From assembly GCF_009914755.1 (NCBI RefSeq), contig NC_060934.1: a stretch of DNA of 64,000 nt; one strand, written 5' to 3'. The translations under genes and the position numbers were made by a program. The stretch comes from the human T2T-CHM13v2.0 reference genome, Homo sapiens. A model generated the notes under the pieces. It did no database searches. It saw only the letters and a list, made by a program, of their open reading frames with translations, and was not told the DNA's origin. Shown in pieces: positions 1 through 21,135 of the stretch (position 1 is the stretch's first letter; every line of letters begins with the position of its first letter).

Positions 1-235
1 GCTGCTGCAGGACGCGGTCGGGGAGGACGACGATGCGGATGTGGATGCGGAGGATGCGGTTCCAGACGCTTCGCGGCCGGGCGGGGCGGGGGCTGCAGCT
101 GCGAGACCGAGGCTGTGGTCGCCATGGAAACGCGGCTAGAGGCGGGGCCTCGACTCTGGTCCCGCACCCTCTACCCCCACCCACCGCCCCGGCTAGGGAG
201 CCGCGCATGCGCCCCTCAGACCCTGCTCGGGCCTC
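1..235 (-). promoter_or_regulatory. CALY: CpG-island promoter / non-coding first exon of CALY (gene body lies left of the window)
   Basis: CpG-rich segment with a GC box (~79-92), an X-box (118-131) and an NRF1 palindrome (203-212). The gene name comes from the recalled order CALY-PRAP1-FUOM-ECHS1-PAOX-MTG1; no CALY coding sequence is visible. Confidence 0.6.
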
Positions 236-237
236 AC

Positions 238-3200
238 CACACACCGCATACACACACCTGATGCACACACACCTGACACATCCCCAGAAACCACACCTCG
301 AACACCAGACACATCCAAACACACACCTCACACACATCCCAGACACACACCTCACACAAACACACCCCCCCACACACACCTCACAAACACCCCAAACACC
401 TGACACACACACACCCCAGAATCACACATCTCGAACACCAGACACATCCAAACACACCCCAGACACACACACCCCAGACACACACCCAACACACACCCGA
501 CACACACCACACACACCTCACACACACCCCAGACACACACACACCTGACACACCCGACACACCCCCAGAATCACACACCTCAAACACCACATTCAAACAC
601 ACACCTCACACACACCCGACACACACCTGACACACACGTGACACACACACCTGACACACCCCCAGAAACATACACCTGACACACACCTCACACACACCCA
701 ACAACACATATACCTGATACACACCCCAGGCACACATTTGACACACACACCCCACACACCTGACACACATACCCCAGAAACACCTCAAACAACAGATACA
801 TCCAAACACACACCTCACACACACCTGACACACACACCCTAGTAATACACACATCAAATGCCAGACATCCAAACACACATCTCACACACACCTCAGACAC
901 ACACACAGCTGACACACACCTGACAGCCCCCAGAAACACACATTTCAAACACCAGACACATCCAGACACACACCTCACACACACCCCAGACACACACACA
1001 CCTGAGACACACCCCACACACCTAACCCGCACCCCACACACCTGACCCACACCCCAGAAACACACATCTGACACACACCCCAGACACACACACCTGACAC
1101 TCTCCCCAGAAACACCTCAAACACCAAATACATCTAAACACACAATTCACACACACCCCAGATATACCTCACACACACACCCCAGACATACCTCACACAC
1201 ACACACCTGACACCCCAGAAACACACCTCACACACCAGACACACCCACACATCTCACATACACGACACGCACCTGACACCCACCCCAGAAACACACATCT
1301 CACACACCAGACACCCAAACACACCTCACACACACCCCTGACACACACCCCACACCTGACACACACACCTGACCCACACCCCAGAAACACACACCTTAAA
1401 CAGCAGAAACACCCAAACACACCCCCCCACACACCTGACACACCTGATGCCCATCTGACACATACCCCAGAAACACACCAGACACACCCAAACACACTCA
1501 CCTCAAACACATCCCTGACACACACACACCACACACCTGACATACACACACCTGACCCACACCCCAGACACACACCTGACACACACCCCAGAAATACACA
1601 CCTCACACACCAGACACACCCAAACACACACCTCACACACGCCACACACCCCTCAGACAGACGCCTCACACACCAGCCATACACACATCACATACACCTC
1701 TCACACACACCCCCAACACACACCTCACACACACCTCACACACGCTCTTGACCCATACAGTTCACACACCAGACACACCCAAACACACACACCTCACACA
1801 CCCAAGACACACCCACACACGCCCCAACACACACCTGACACCAGTCACCCAGGAAACACGCTTCACACACACCACACACCCAGACACACACCGCAAACAC
1901 CACACAACGACACATACACCCAAACACCCCAGACACACATACCTCACATCAGACACCACATACCCAACACACCTCACATATACCCTAGACACACCAGAAA
2001 CACACACCTACCAAACACACACACACCAGACACACCCCCTGCAGACCTGACACACCCACACCTGACACACACCTCACACACCAAAACACCCTAGACACAC
2101 ATCCCAAACACTGGACACACACCTCACACACACACACTAGACACACCCCCATACACACCTTACAGACACACCAGACACACGCCACACACACCTCACACCA
2201 CACACCTGACACATACATGATACACACCCGACACACAGACACACCCTGGACTCATACCCCGGATGCGCACCACACACCCCCCCCAGACACACCTCACAAA
2301 TGCACCCCACATACTGCTTACACACCAGACACACCTGACATGCACACCCCAAACACCTCACACATCCCAGACACACACAACTCACACACATGCCTGACAC
2401 ATACACCAGATACACACCCCAGACACACACATCCCATGCACACCTCACACATGCATCAGACACACACAACCCAGATACACACCTCACAAACGCACCACAC
2501 ACCCCCAGATCTACACACCTGACACAACCCTCACACACCTAACACACACCCTCACACACCTAACACACACACCTCACACAAACACTCCACATACCTCAGG
2601 CACACACACCCCAGACACACACATGCTCGAAACACGCACCTCCCATGCACATACACCCTCACACACCTCACGCACACACCAGCCACACATGCCTGACATA
2701 TACTCGACACACACATCCCTTACACACTCCAGACACACACGCCTGACATACAACTCACACACACTTCACACATGCACACCTGACACATGTATCCCTGACC
2801 TGCACACACACCCTTCACACATACACCCTAGACACACCCTGGATCCACCCACTCTTGACACACACCCTAGACACTGACAACCCCACACACAAACCCTTGA
2901 CACACACCCCAGACACCTCCAAACACTCCCCTCACACATATATCCCAGATGCACACACACCCCTACACACCTCAGGCACACACACTCCTGACACATGCAC
3001 CCCATGCACCCTCCCACACAGGTGGCACACATTCCTCACACACACCTGACACACACCTGACTCAGACACACCTGTCACCCCAGCAGACACCTGACACACT
3101 CAAAACACCTCTCACACCTGACACACATCACGCAAACATTTCACTTACCTCACACACCTGACAGCCCTCACGCACACCTCACACACACCTGACATACACA

Positions 3201-3255
3201 TGTGACACACACACATCTCACACATACACACCCTCACGCACACGCACACACGCTC
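238..3255. repeat. ~3-kb degenerate (CA)-rich low-complexity tandem tract
   Basis: Almost only A/C on +, with recurring motifs such as cccagaaacacacctc and ccagacacatccaaacac. It is the source of the H/T/P- and V/C/G-rich spurious ORFs. Confidence 0.95.
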
Positions 3256-3572
3256 GCCGCCTCACTGTGCAGGGGCAGGTGCCCTGGCCAGCTCAACCCT
3301 GGCTGCTCCTTGGTCTGGGGCCCCCCCCAGAGTCTCCAGGTGGACCTTGGGTGGATGCTCAGACTCCCCCGTCCCCTCCGCCTTTGTGCTGGGTCAGACC
3401 CAGCTGGGTTTGGCTCTCACTCACCCTGAGGATGGCCCTGGCGCCCGCATGGTGCCCAGCACACAGAAGGCGCTCCATAGGCATTTGCCTGAGTGCGGCT
3501 CCCAGCTGTGGGTGGTCAGCAATGACAGGAGCATGCGTTGGTGATGCCTTCGTTTTCATTGCTAAACCGTAA

Positions 3573-4353
<781 letters not shown>

Positions 4354-4575
4354 TAATGTTGTGGTGAACATTCTTATCACAACCTTGGTGGACGTGTGCT
4401 TTTCTTTCTCTTGGGTAGTTACTGAAGAGTGGAATTGCCAAATTTGATGGAAAGTTGACATTTAACTTTGAAAGAAAATGCTAAAATGTGTTTTTCCAAA
4501 GTGGCCGTACCATGTGACATTCCCACCAGCAGTATAGGAGGGTTCCAGTTTCTCCACATCCTCACCACCTCTTGA

Positions 4576-4846
<271 letters not shown>

Positions 4847-4891
4847 AACCAACTCTTGATCCTTGATTTTGTCTTTTTTATACTAGCCATC

Positions 4892-5277
4892 TGTCTTAGC
4901 TGAGGCTGCCATAACAAATTGCCAGAGACTGGGCAGCTTCAACAATGGAAATTCATGTTCTCACAGCGATGGAGGCTGACGTCTGAGACGGAGCTGTCGG
5001 CAGGGTTGGAGCTGTTGGCAGGGTTGGCTCCTCCTGAGGCTGCTCCCTGGGTTTGTGGGTGGCCACACCTCCCCGTGTCCTTACATGGTCTTCCCTTTGG
5101 CGTATCTGTGTGTTCTCATCTCTTCTTATAAGGACACCAGTCCTGTTGAATTAGGGTCCACCCTAATAACCTTGCTTTACCTTACTTACATCTTTAAAAA
5201 CCCATCTCCAAATATCGTCATATTCTGAGGGGTTAGGACATCAATGTATGAATTTAGAGGGGACACAGCCCATAACA
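4892..5277 (-). mobile_element. MLT1-family (MaLR) solo LTR
   Basis: tgtcttag...gctgccataacaaa...cagcccataaca termini; 5-bp TSD ccatc/ccgtc (1 mismatch). Confidence 0.8.
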
Positions 5278-5479
5278 CCGTCCTATAGGAGTGTAGCTGT
5301 GGCTTGAGTCCACGTCGCCCTAGTTGACAAGTGGTGCTGAACATCTTCTCAGGGTGGAGTCACCATTTGTAAATCATCTATGGTGAAATGTCTGTGCAAA
5401 TGTTTTGAATATTTTTCAGTTGGGTTGTTTGTCTTTTTATTGTTGAGTTGTAAGAGTTCTTTTTATATTCTGGGTATAA

Positions 5480-5818
<339 letters not shown>

Positions 5819-7079
5819 TAAAAAGTTTTAATTATTATGGGTACATAATAGGTATATATATCCATGGGGTACACGGATGCCATATGTAATGATCAAACCA
5901 GGATAATTGGGGTATCCATAACCCCAAGAATGTATCATTTCTTTGTGCTAACATTCTAATTCCACTCTTTTTTGTTAATTTAAAATATACAACAGGCTAG
6001 TCAGTGGCTCATGCCTGTGGTCCCAGCACTTTGGGAGGCCTGAGTGGGAGGATTGCTTGAGCCCAGGAGTTCGAGACGAGCCTGGGGACCTCGTCTCATT
6101 TTACTAAAGACTAGATGTTTTAGATAATATATTGCAAACATTTTGAGTTCTGATATTTTCTCCCAAGGGTTGTTGTTGCTGTTTTGTTGAAATCTGTGGA
6201 CTTTGTTTCCCCTGTAGCACGTGGCCTGGTGTCTCCGCCCAGTTTTTTAAGCCTATCTTCCTTGAGTCACACTGGGTTGTGTGGTTGGAGGCTGTGCTCA
6301 GGCCGCGGGACCCACTCTGCTGGTGCCTCAAGGGTGGGCTGGGGGCCACGCTCTGTGTGGATGCAGTTTTTAAGGTGCCCGACCTTTACTTCCCACCGGC
6401 TGTCTCCCGTCTCCTGAGTGTGAATGCACAGACTTGTGTTGGGCCAGAGGAATGGGGAGGTCAGCTGGGACTGTGTGGGAACCTGGGGAGGCTCCCTGTG
6501 CCTTTCTCATTCCAGACCTGATCACCCCATTCAAGTTCGGGCTGGCCTGCCAATCACTGCTCATAATCCCCTTGGGGACCCCAGTTCCCTGAGCCACTGG
6601 CCTTCTGCTGCCTCCCCCGTGGAGCCACTCGGCCACTGAGGGGTGGGTGGGAGTGTAGCTGCCCAACAGGCTCATTCTGCTTGCTGCCCAGAGAGAGCCG
6701 ATTTATCAGGGCAGAGAGAAACTGCAACACGGAAAGTTTAATTCACGCGGAGCCGGCTGAACGGGAGGCTGGAGCTTTATCACTACTCAAATTTTAAAGG
6801 ATAATTTGGTGGGTAGGGGTTGGGAAGCAGGGAGTGCTGATCGGTTGGGTTGCAGATGAAATCACAGGGAGTCGAATCTGTCCTCTTGTGCTGAGTCACT
6901 TCCTGAGTGGGGGCCACAAGACCAGGTGAGCCAGTTCATGGATCTGGGTGGCACCAGCTGTTCCACCAAGTTCAGAGTCCGAAAAATGTCTCGAGCACCA
7001 ATCTTAGGATTTACAATAGTGATGTTTTCCCTAAGAATAATTGGGGAGGCTTAGAATCTTGTGGCCTCCAGCTGCCTGA

Positions 7080-7386
<307 letters not shown>

Positions 7387-7413
7387 CTGCCTGACTCCTA
7401 AACCATAATTTCT

Positions 7414-8146
7414 TTTTTATTTTTCATGAAAGCCACTGACTTTCTTGATCTAAAAAACTTTACAAGGACAGTGACTGTTCTGCCAAAAAAGGAGCCAAAT
7501 AGTATCAAATGGACTGAAAGTGAGGGTGGAGGTGAGGGACGGGGCCAGGAATCCATTCAGGAAAGCTGGTAACTGTCACCAGGGAAAGTGAAAAAGGAAA
7601 GGGGAGACATGCAAGAGTGAGAGTCCAAAAAAGTTGAAATGGTTAGGGGAGAAAACTCCCAAAAGACCCAGAGTGCGTCAGACGTGAGTATGACAATAGC
7701 AATCTTCTCCTTTGTAGAGGACAGGGGAGGAGTCCCGACTCGGCTACAAACTCTGGGTGAGGGCTGGGGATTGAGAGCTTCCTGGAGAGCATCACAAGAA
7801 GGCATCGCATGCTCTCAAAGGCATCCGAAGTCCCGGGACTGCTTGGTGTTGGCACCACGAGTCCTTTGGCCATTCCCGGAACAGGTCTTCATCTTTCCTC
7901 AGCACCAGAAACTGGCCAAGGACAACATAGGCCTTGTCAAAGCCCCTTTCCTCCAGCTTCTTGCCCAGGACTTCACCAATCCTGGCCAGGCTCCCCACTA
8001 GCTTTTCCCCCATGGGCTCTGCCCTGAAGTCTCGGTGCTTTTGGGAGGTTGGCATCTTGATCAGGCTTAATCGGCAACTTCAGTTCCCGTAACGGTTCCT
8101 CCCGCCACCCGGCCGCTCCGGCCGATACCTCAAGCCACTAGAAGTT
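7414..8146 (-). pseudogene. BANF1P2: Processed pseudogene of BANF1 (barrier-to-autointegration factor); CDS-homologous part 7792-8055
   Basis: Intronless [21 protein letters not shown]...[15 protein letters not shown]...CDAFL matches BAF. It has UTR-like flanks, AATAAA at the 3' end and an 18-bp TSD tcctaaaccataatttct (7396-7413 / 8147-8164). The P2 numbering is from recall. Confidence 0.92.
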
Positions 8147-8656
8147 TCCTAAACCATAATTTCTAATCTTGTGACTAATTTGTTAGTTTTACAAAGGCAG
8201 TCTGGTCCCCAGGCAAGAAGGGGGTTTGTTCAGGAAGGGGCTGTTTTCATCTTTGTTTCAACATTAAACTATAAACTAAGATCCTCCCAAAGTTGGTGTG
8301 ACCTACACCCAGGAATGAACAAGGACAGGTTGGAGGTTAGAAGCAAGGTGGAGTCGGTTAGGTCAGATTCACTATCAGGTTTTCGCAAAGGTGGTTTCAG
8401 GAGCAGCCCCAGGCAAGAAGGCCAGAGGAACATCTGTTCTCACCCAAGCCCAGCGGCTTCTTCGGGTGACCCCTCCTCAATAGCTCAGACGCTGTGGGTC
8501 ACGTTGGAAATTCCTGAGTTGGCCTTTCTTGAGGGCCCTCACTCCACCCCCTTGGAAGCACGGCCTCCAATTGTGTCTGAACATGCAGCTTCGGGAGAAC
8601 CATACCCTGCAGGCCGGCGGTCTCAGAGCCCCCAACAGTAGCTGCCCGCTGGGGGT

Positions 8657-9263
8657 TGTCGAGGAAAAGAGTGAAACCCTGTAAAATACTTGGAGAGTGA
8701 TTCTGAGCCAAATATGAGTGACGGAAGGCCCATGATGCCGTCCCAGGAGATCCTGAGAACATGTGTGGCCCGAGAGGGTTGGGGTGCAGCTGGTTTGATA
8801 CATGTTCGGGACACGAGACATCACTCAGTACGTGGGAGATGTACGTGGGTTTGGTCCAGAAAGGCGGCGGGTGTCCAGGTCATTGGTGGATTCAGTAATT
8901 TTCCAATTGACAATTGGTCAAAAGAGTTAAGTTATTATCTAAAGACCTAGAATCAATAGAAGGGAAAGTCAGGGTTAAGATAAGGTGTTGTGGAGACCAA
9001 GTATATGCAGATAGAATCAATAGAAGGGACTATTTCTTGTCAGAGTCTGTTCTATTAGTCTTAAGGTCTCTGTTTTAATGTTAATGCTGGTCAGTTTTGC
9101 CTGAATTCCAAAAGGAGGCGGGTACAATGAGGCCTGTCTGACCCCCACTTCCCATTATGGCCTGAACTAGTTTTCAGGTTAACCGTGGAATGCCCTGGGC
9201 TTAGGGAGGGTCCATCAGTCGGGTGGGGTCAGGCGGAGATTGGAATTCTGTTTTTGTTTTACA
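8657..9263 (-). mobile_element. MER4-family (ERV1) solo LTR
   Basis: tgtc...aca termini, 4-bp TSD gggt (8653-8656 / 9264-9267), ttctgagccaaatatgagtgac signature. Confidence 0.75.
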
Positions 9264-9297
9264 GGGTGTGCCAGGGACGGCTAAAGAAGGTGGTCAG

Positions 9298-9596
<299 letters not shown>

Positions 9597-9937
9597 GGCA
9601 ATGAGGGCACTGGGCCCCGTGGAGCGGGCCCTGGCCACACAGCGTGCAAGACTCCTCAGGCTGGTGTGCCCAGTAAGGAAGGACAGGAGGGAGCGCCTGG
9701 AAGGGGTGGGGAAGGTGGTGGCGTTGGGGGTGAGGGTTCCACGGTGGTGGAGCTGAGCTGGTCCCGCCCTGCCACAGGTGGTGGGCAGGGGCAGGTGTGA
9801 CAGGCAGGTGGGCTGGGGCTGGATGGGGGATTTGTCACGCCCACCTGAGGAAGGAAGTGCTTCAGCTGAGCTGGGGACAGCTGCCCACGACACCCTTCCA
9901 AGTTGCCTTGGTTGTGAGCACGGTTCAGCCTTCATGA

Positions 9938-10270
<333 letters not shown>

Positions 10271-10568
10271 AACAAGCATGTTTTTAAAGGCAAATTTCTT
10301 CCTCAGTCGTGTGGCAGGCCCTGAGCAGGCAGCTGGGTGTCCCCGCTCAGATCCAGGCCCGAGTGGGCTGGGCGGCTGCAGAGCCAGTCACCTGAGCTAC
10401 CCAGGGTGGGATCCCTGGCCCCGACCTCTGTCCTGACACGCCCCAAGCGGCAGCAACAAAGCCCCAATTGGCCTGGGCCTGGGCAGGAGGAGCTGGGCCG
10501 GGTGCCAGATACTGGGATCAGCCACTGCAGCTCCCTGAGCACTCTCTACAGAGACGCGGACCCCAGAC

Positions 10569-15965
<5,397 letters not shown>

Positions 15966-18485
15966 CCCCTGCAAACAGGTGGGAGGCCACATGCCCCAGA
16001 AGACCGATGACCGGGGCCCAGCCTGCCCTGCCTAGGAGAATCAAGGGCTGCACAAGGCCCAGGTGACCCTTGGCTCCCAGAAGGTTGCACTACCCCCAGG
16101 CCCTCCTCCTTGTATACCGGGATGGTGAGGGGTGTGGCAGCAGTTAGGGGATGGGACCAGAGGGCACCCTGGGACCAGTCTCAGCTGAGAAACAGAACCC
16201 ACCCTGGGCTCCCTACAGCAGGAGCCTGAGACAGGGTCGGGGAGGAGGGTGGCCGAGTGCCTGGGGCTCAGGGCCCAGCTGAACGGACGTGCATGTGCTC
16301 AGGTGGAAAGTGCACAGGTCTCAGGTGAGGGCGGGTAGACCCAGGCCCAGGACATGGCCTTTCTGCCCTCCTGACGTTCTGTGCAGCTCCCACTCTGGGT
16401 GCCCATCCTGTCCTCCTGGCCCAGCAGGCCCAATGCTGCAGCGCAGGTCCAGGCTGCTGGAGTCACTCACACACCGCATGTGTCCTGGGCACATGCAAAT
16501 GTGGGCGGGGTTCCTGCGTGGCAGTCTCATCCCTATGGTGAGAGAGAAGCACCTGGTGCCAAGCCCGGGGCTGAGCCACACACATTTGCCAGCTCCAGCA
16601 GCTAAGACAGAACGGAGCAAGGGAGAGAGGCCACCCGTCCCTCATCCTGCCGTGTTCAGCCCTCGTGTGGCCACTCAGGGGGCTGAGGGTTTGCCCAGGT
16701 GTGGAAGAGCTCCTTGCACCGCCAGCAAATCCTCGCTCTCCCAGGACACCAACGGCTGAGAGTAACTGCCCAAGGGTGCCCCACGGTGTCCCACAATGTA
16801 AGAGCTGTTACCCTGGCTTATGGATGAGCTGGAGAGGCCAGTGACCTTTGAGGTTCTGTCCTAAAAGGGCCAGAGATGGGCTGCCAGCTTCTCCCTTGGC
16901 AGCCTCCCCTGTCATCCTGATAAGAACATGGGGTAGGAGGGCATTGAGGGATCAACACGCTCAGGGCTGAGATTTGGGCAACTCCTTCCCCACTCCCTGA
17001 GCCCCAGGCAGGTAGAAGACCCTGGATCTCTGAGTTGCAGGAGGGTCTTGCCCTAGGCAGCCCAAGCTGGTGTTTGTGGCTTTTTTTTTTTTTTTAAAGC
17101 TATCTTGATTTTATTTTGTTTTGCCCATTACTTTGTTTTTTCTCGTGATTTTACTTAGTTTGCTCATATATGGCTTCATTTATATAACATGCTAGAGAGG
17201 GCACACTAACCCCAGAGGCTCATCTGTGGGGCTGAGCCTGGGGATGGGCGAGGGTGTGTGCAACCAGCTCGTACACCGCTGATGTTAGGCCACGACGCGG
17301 CCATCGGGTCTAGAGATGAGCAGTGATTGGCCAGGCAAGTGCGAGGCCCCTGGGGCCAAGGCTGACCACTAGTGAGCACAGAGAAAGCCTTGGCTACCAT
17401 CTGGGAGCAGCAGGCGGACAGGACCCCAAAGTCTGCAGCCAAGCCCAGACAGGGTCCCTTCCCCAGATTTGGAGCCACATCTCAGCTGGGGTGGGCTTGC
17501 CTGCACCCCCAAGGTTCTCCTGCGGTCTGGAGTGGGGGTCTGGAACCCTGGGACTTGCCCCCTGGAGCCCCGGGGACACCAGCCCCAGGCCCTGGGGGAA
17601 GCCCCTGTCATCCCCACTCCTGCCCTTGGTCCCTCAAACTCCAGCCCTGCCCCATCTTCTTCCTGTACCTGTCACTGCAGCAAGTTCTGGGGAGCAAGAC
17701 GAGGGTCCGGACAGTGGCTGGTGGTTATTCTTCCCCATCCTTGGGGACCAGTCCAAGCATCCCATGGGCAAGCCTCCCAGGCACCCCCTTTCAGGAACCC
17801 CCTGCATCCCACCTCTGCCTGGCACTGGACTCCAAATGACCTCGTGTCCTTTACCTCCCCTGCCTGCCAGGGCAAGTGAGGCTTTCAGCGGGAGGCCACC
17901 TATGCCACAGGCATAGGGCATGGCCCACACCGAGGCCTCTCCAGCCGACAGTTCCTCCCGAAGCGTCCAGGCCAGCCCCTGCCACCTGCCCTCCTGCGGG
18001 TGGAAGGAATGGACCCCGGTGAAGAACCCCCTTGGTGTCCACAGCCCAGGGGCTATGGCAGAAGTCCCCACCCCTCTCAAGGCCTCCAGGGCAGCCACTG
18101 CCCCCACTCCAGCCCTTGGTGTCCCCAGGGCACCAGGCACCCCGCCCAGTCCCCAGGGCCCCAGGCCTGATTTCCCACTCAAGGTTCGTCAAGGGTACGT
18201 GGGGGCCACTCTGGAGCCAGCAGCCTCCCTTGAGCTCAGCACCAAACAAGCCTGCGTGAGAACAGAGCTGGAATTGGACTCTTGAGACTGAACGTTTTTC
18301 CATCATTTTCACAAATCAGGGATACTCGTCCCAATTGGCAGGGCCCACCCCAAGACTGCCGGCCCCTAGAGCCCTGGCCAGGGCCCAGGTCTGGGAGCTG
18401 CCACTGGGAGGCCTGTTGTGAGTGGTGGTACTGGAGCTCAGGGTGCCCCCAGTTCCTCTTCCGGCCCAGGTGGTCTTCACCAGGC

Positions 18486-21123
18486 CTACAGCAGGGGGTT
18501 GAGGGCAAGCACCCCCTTCCTGAGGATGAGGTTTCCGTAGAGGGCCGTCTCCCTGCAGAGGAGCCAAGCCCAGCACTGAGCTGGGCTGCAGGGCCAGGGT
18601 GCCGAGACCCTGCTTCAGCATCTGGGGGACAGAGCAGACCCTGTCCACCTTCACCCACTTGATGCTCAGGCAAATGGGGGCCCTGCCCCCCCGAAATTCC
18701 TCCCTGGTCTCTCCACTCTGTGGGACGTCTAGCCTCAGCCAGGCAGAAGCTGAGAAGAGGGTAGGGGCAGCTCCTGAGGCCCCCCGGTGGGGATGGGGGC
18801 AGCTCCTGAGGCCCCAGTGGGGATGGGGCAGGTCTGAGCCAGCTGGAACTCACCCCGTTGCCACAACAGCAAAAGCCTTCTTAGCCCGTTCATAAAACTC
18901 AAACCTCTCTATCTTTGCCAGGGCTCTCTGGAAGACAAAATGGCAGGGTTGGAGGGAACCCTGCCAAGAAACCCTCATGGGCCAGCCCTGGACTCCCCAG
19001 GGCCCAAAGCAGGGAGGGCACCAGGAAGTGGGGTTCCATTTCTTGGGCTCTCCCCCGGCAAGGGCCCCACGGTCACTCAGCCTCTGGCTCCCAAGGCCTA
19101 GGACAGGGGGTCCCAGGACATGGTGGACGAGGAACCTGCCATGCTTGGGTCTCTGCCTGACCTGGGGCCACCCAGACAGCTCAGTAGACTGTCGAGCCCC
19201 TGCCAGCTGTCCTGGGGGGAGTCCCCTGCCCAGGACAAGAGCCCCTGGCCCCCCTTATGGAGGCCCTGCTCAAGACCTGCCAGTGGGTTGCCCAGGAAAA
19301 TGGGCCTGTCCCCTTGCAGGGCAAGGTGTGGAGAGGGCTGAGTGAGACACAGCACCCAGCTAAGCCTCTGACCAACCATAGCCAGGATGGGGCGAGAGAC
19401 CTGGGACCAGGGGGCACCCCTCCAGGGGAGATTGAGGAGGTGGAGGCCAGGCATCCTGAGTCCCCCAGGCTCCACTCACAGGCTGTGGTGGGTGACAACC
19501 CACCTGGCAGGTCAGGATCCTGGGCGGGGCAGGGCAGGTGGAAAGCTCGGGGGCAGAGGAAGAGGGGCCACACTGCCCAGGTGCACCTCTTCCACCTGGC
19601 TGGTGAAGGAGTGCCAGTGGTCCGGGGTTCTCAGGGTGATGGGTGGGAGACCACTTGAGGACAGAGCTTGGGACCCTCTGTCTTTGGCTCCTCCTGAGCC
19701 TCCAGGAGACAGAGGGTCCCTGGCCTTTTCCCCACAACTGGGGCTGCAGGCTTACCACACAGCCGGCCCTGCGTAGGATGGACTCGTACTCCGTCCACAC
19801 TGGGGTCTGCAGGCCCCTCTCCTTGTCGCTGGGCACCAGCTCCATGACTGCAGCCTAGAGGGAGGGGTCAGCTCTGGGGCCCTGGGCACTGCCAGCCTTC
19901 CTGGTCAGGTGACCATTCGGGACTCCCCTGGTGAGGGTCAGGGCCCCTTTGGGGACACATGGCTTCCCCCCACTCCAAGGCAGGTGGGCCCTATGAAGCC
20001 CGCAAAAGGGGAAACTGAGGCACGGAGCAGCAGGGTGCAGGGGCGACTCAGCCCTCACCGGACTCTCCACATAGGTGTCCAGGGGCAGCAGCTTCAGCAC
20101 GGCCTCCAGGAGCTGCGGGATGCCCAGGCCTGGAGGGCAGAGGAGGCAGCACTCAGTCTCCAGCCCGCCCGCCCGCCTGCCTGTCTGCACCCTTCACACT
20201 GCAAGCATGGACTTGGGGCCACGGCAGGCCACAGAGGAGCCTCAGAGCCAGGAGCACCGCTCACCCGCCCGCCCTGCCCTGGGGGACCTGGGGCTCGCTC
20301 ACCGTCTGCACGGATCTCCATGGGCCCACACTGGCAGATGGAGGAGGCCGGGAAGTTCAAGTCCGCAAGAACTAAACAGCCGGGAGGACAGCCCGTGTCG
20401 GCACCTATCCCTGCCCTCGGGGTCGGCGCCGCCCGTCCTCCCACCCAGTCATGGCGGCAGATCGTGGGTCACAAGAGGTCTCAGGTCAGCCAGTTGGGCG
20501 CCCCCACCGCCGACCGGCCGCAGTCAGATCCGCAGGGCTGGAAGCCACGCGGGGAGGTGGGGAGGGCAAGGTCCCTGCCTGGGAGGCAGAGAGGCGTCAA
20601 CAGCTGCCCGCGAGGCTGTCGGGTGCTGACCAGGCCAGGGGGCCGACCCGGACCCGGCCGCCTCCCCAGGGGCCAGAGGACGCGCGGCTGCCCGCGATGC
20701 CCGGACCAGGCCCCCGGCCACCCAACCCCTGCCCCGGGACCCCAGGCCCCAGGAGAAGAAAAAGCGCCGAACCCTCGGGGGCAGCCCAGACGCGAGGGCT
20801 CTCGGGCCGTCTGGGGAGGGACTCCGGGAGAAGCTCGGGCCGGCTCCGCCCAGAGCCCCACGAGGTCTCAGTTCCCTAAAGAATGCGGGGGAGGGGGCTT
20901 CCTGCCCGGAAGCCAGGGAGGCCCGAGCAACGCCCACACCCCAGGACGCGGCCCTTCCCGGCCCGGGGGTCCCCGCGCAAGCCTCGCCCTCCTGCCTGTC
21001 CCGGGGTGCTCCCCGAGGCCCCGGCCCGCTGCGCTCACCGATCTCGTCCCCGTGCCCCATCCGCGCCAGCGCGTAGAGCAGCTCGGGGGACAGCAGTGCG
21101 GGGACACCCTTCAGCGCCACCAT
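18486..21123 (-). CDS. FUOM: Fucose mutarotase (RbsD/FucU family, 154 aa), 6 exons
   Basis: Exons 21123-21039, 20371-20303, 20129-20059, 19854-19756, 18927-18854, 18552-18486; total 465 nt = [36 protein letters not shown]...[36 protein letters not shown]. Confidence 0.96.
18764..18832. repeat. ~32-bp tandem duplication in FUOM intron 5
   Basis: ggggcagctcctgaggcccc(c/a)g(g)tggggatg present twice, ~20 bp from the exon 5 donor. Confidence 0.8.
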
Positions 21124-21135
21124 GGCCCGGCAGAC

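Noticed and set aside
33-3429. Many H/T/P- and V/C/G-rich ORFs
   Set aside because: Translations of the CA/TG tract, which is naturally poor in stop codons.
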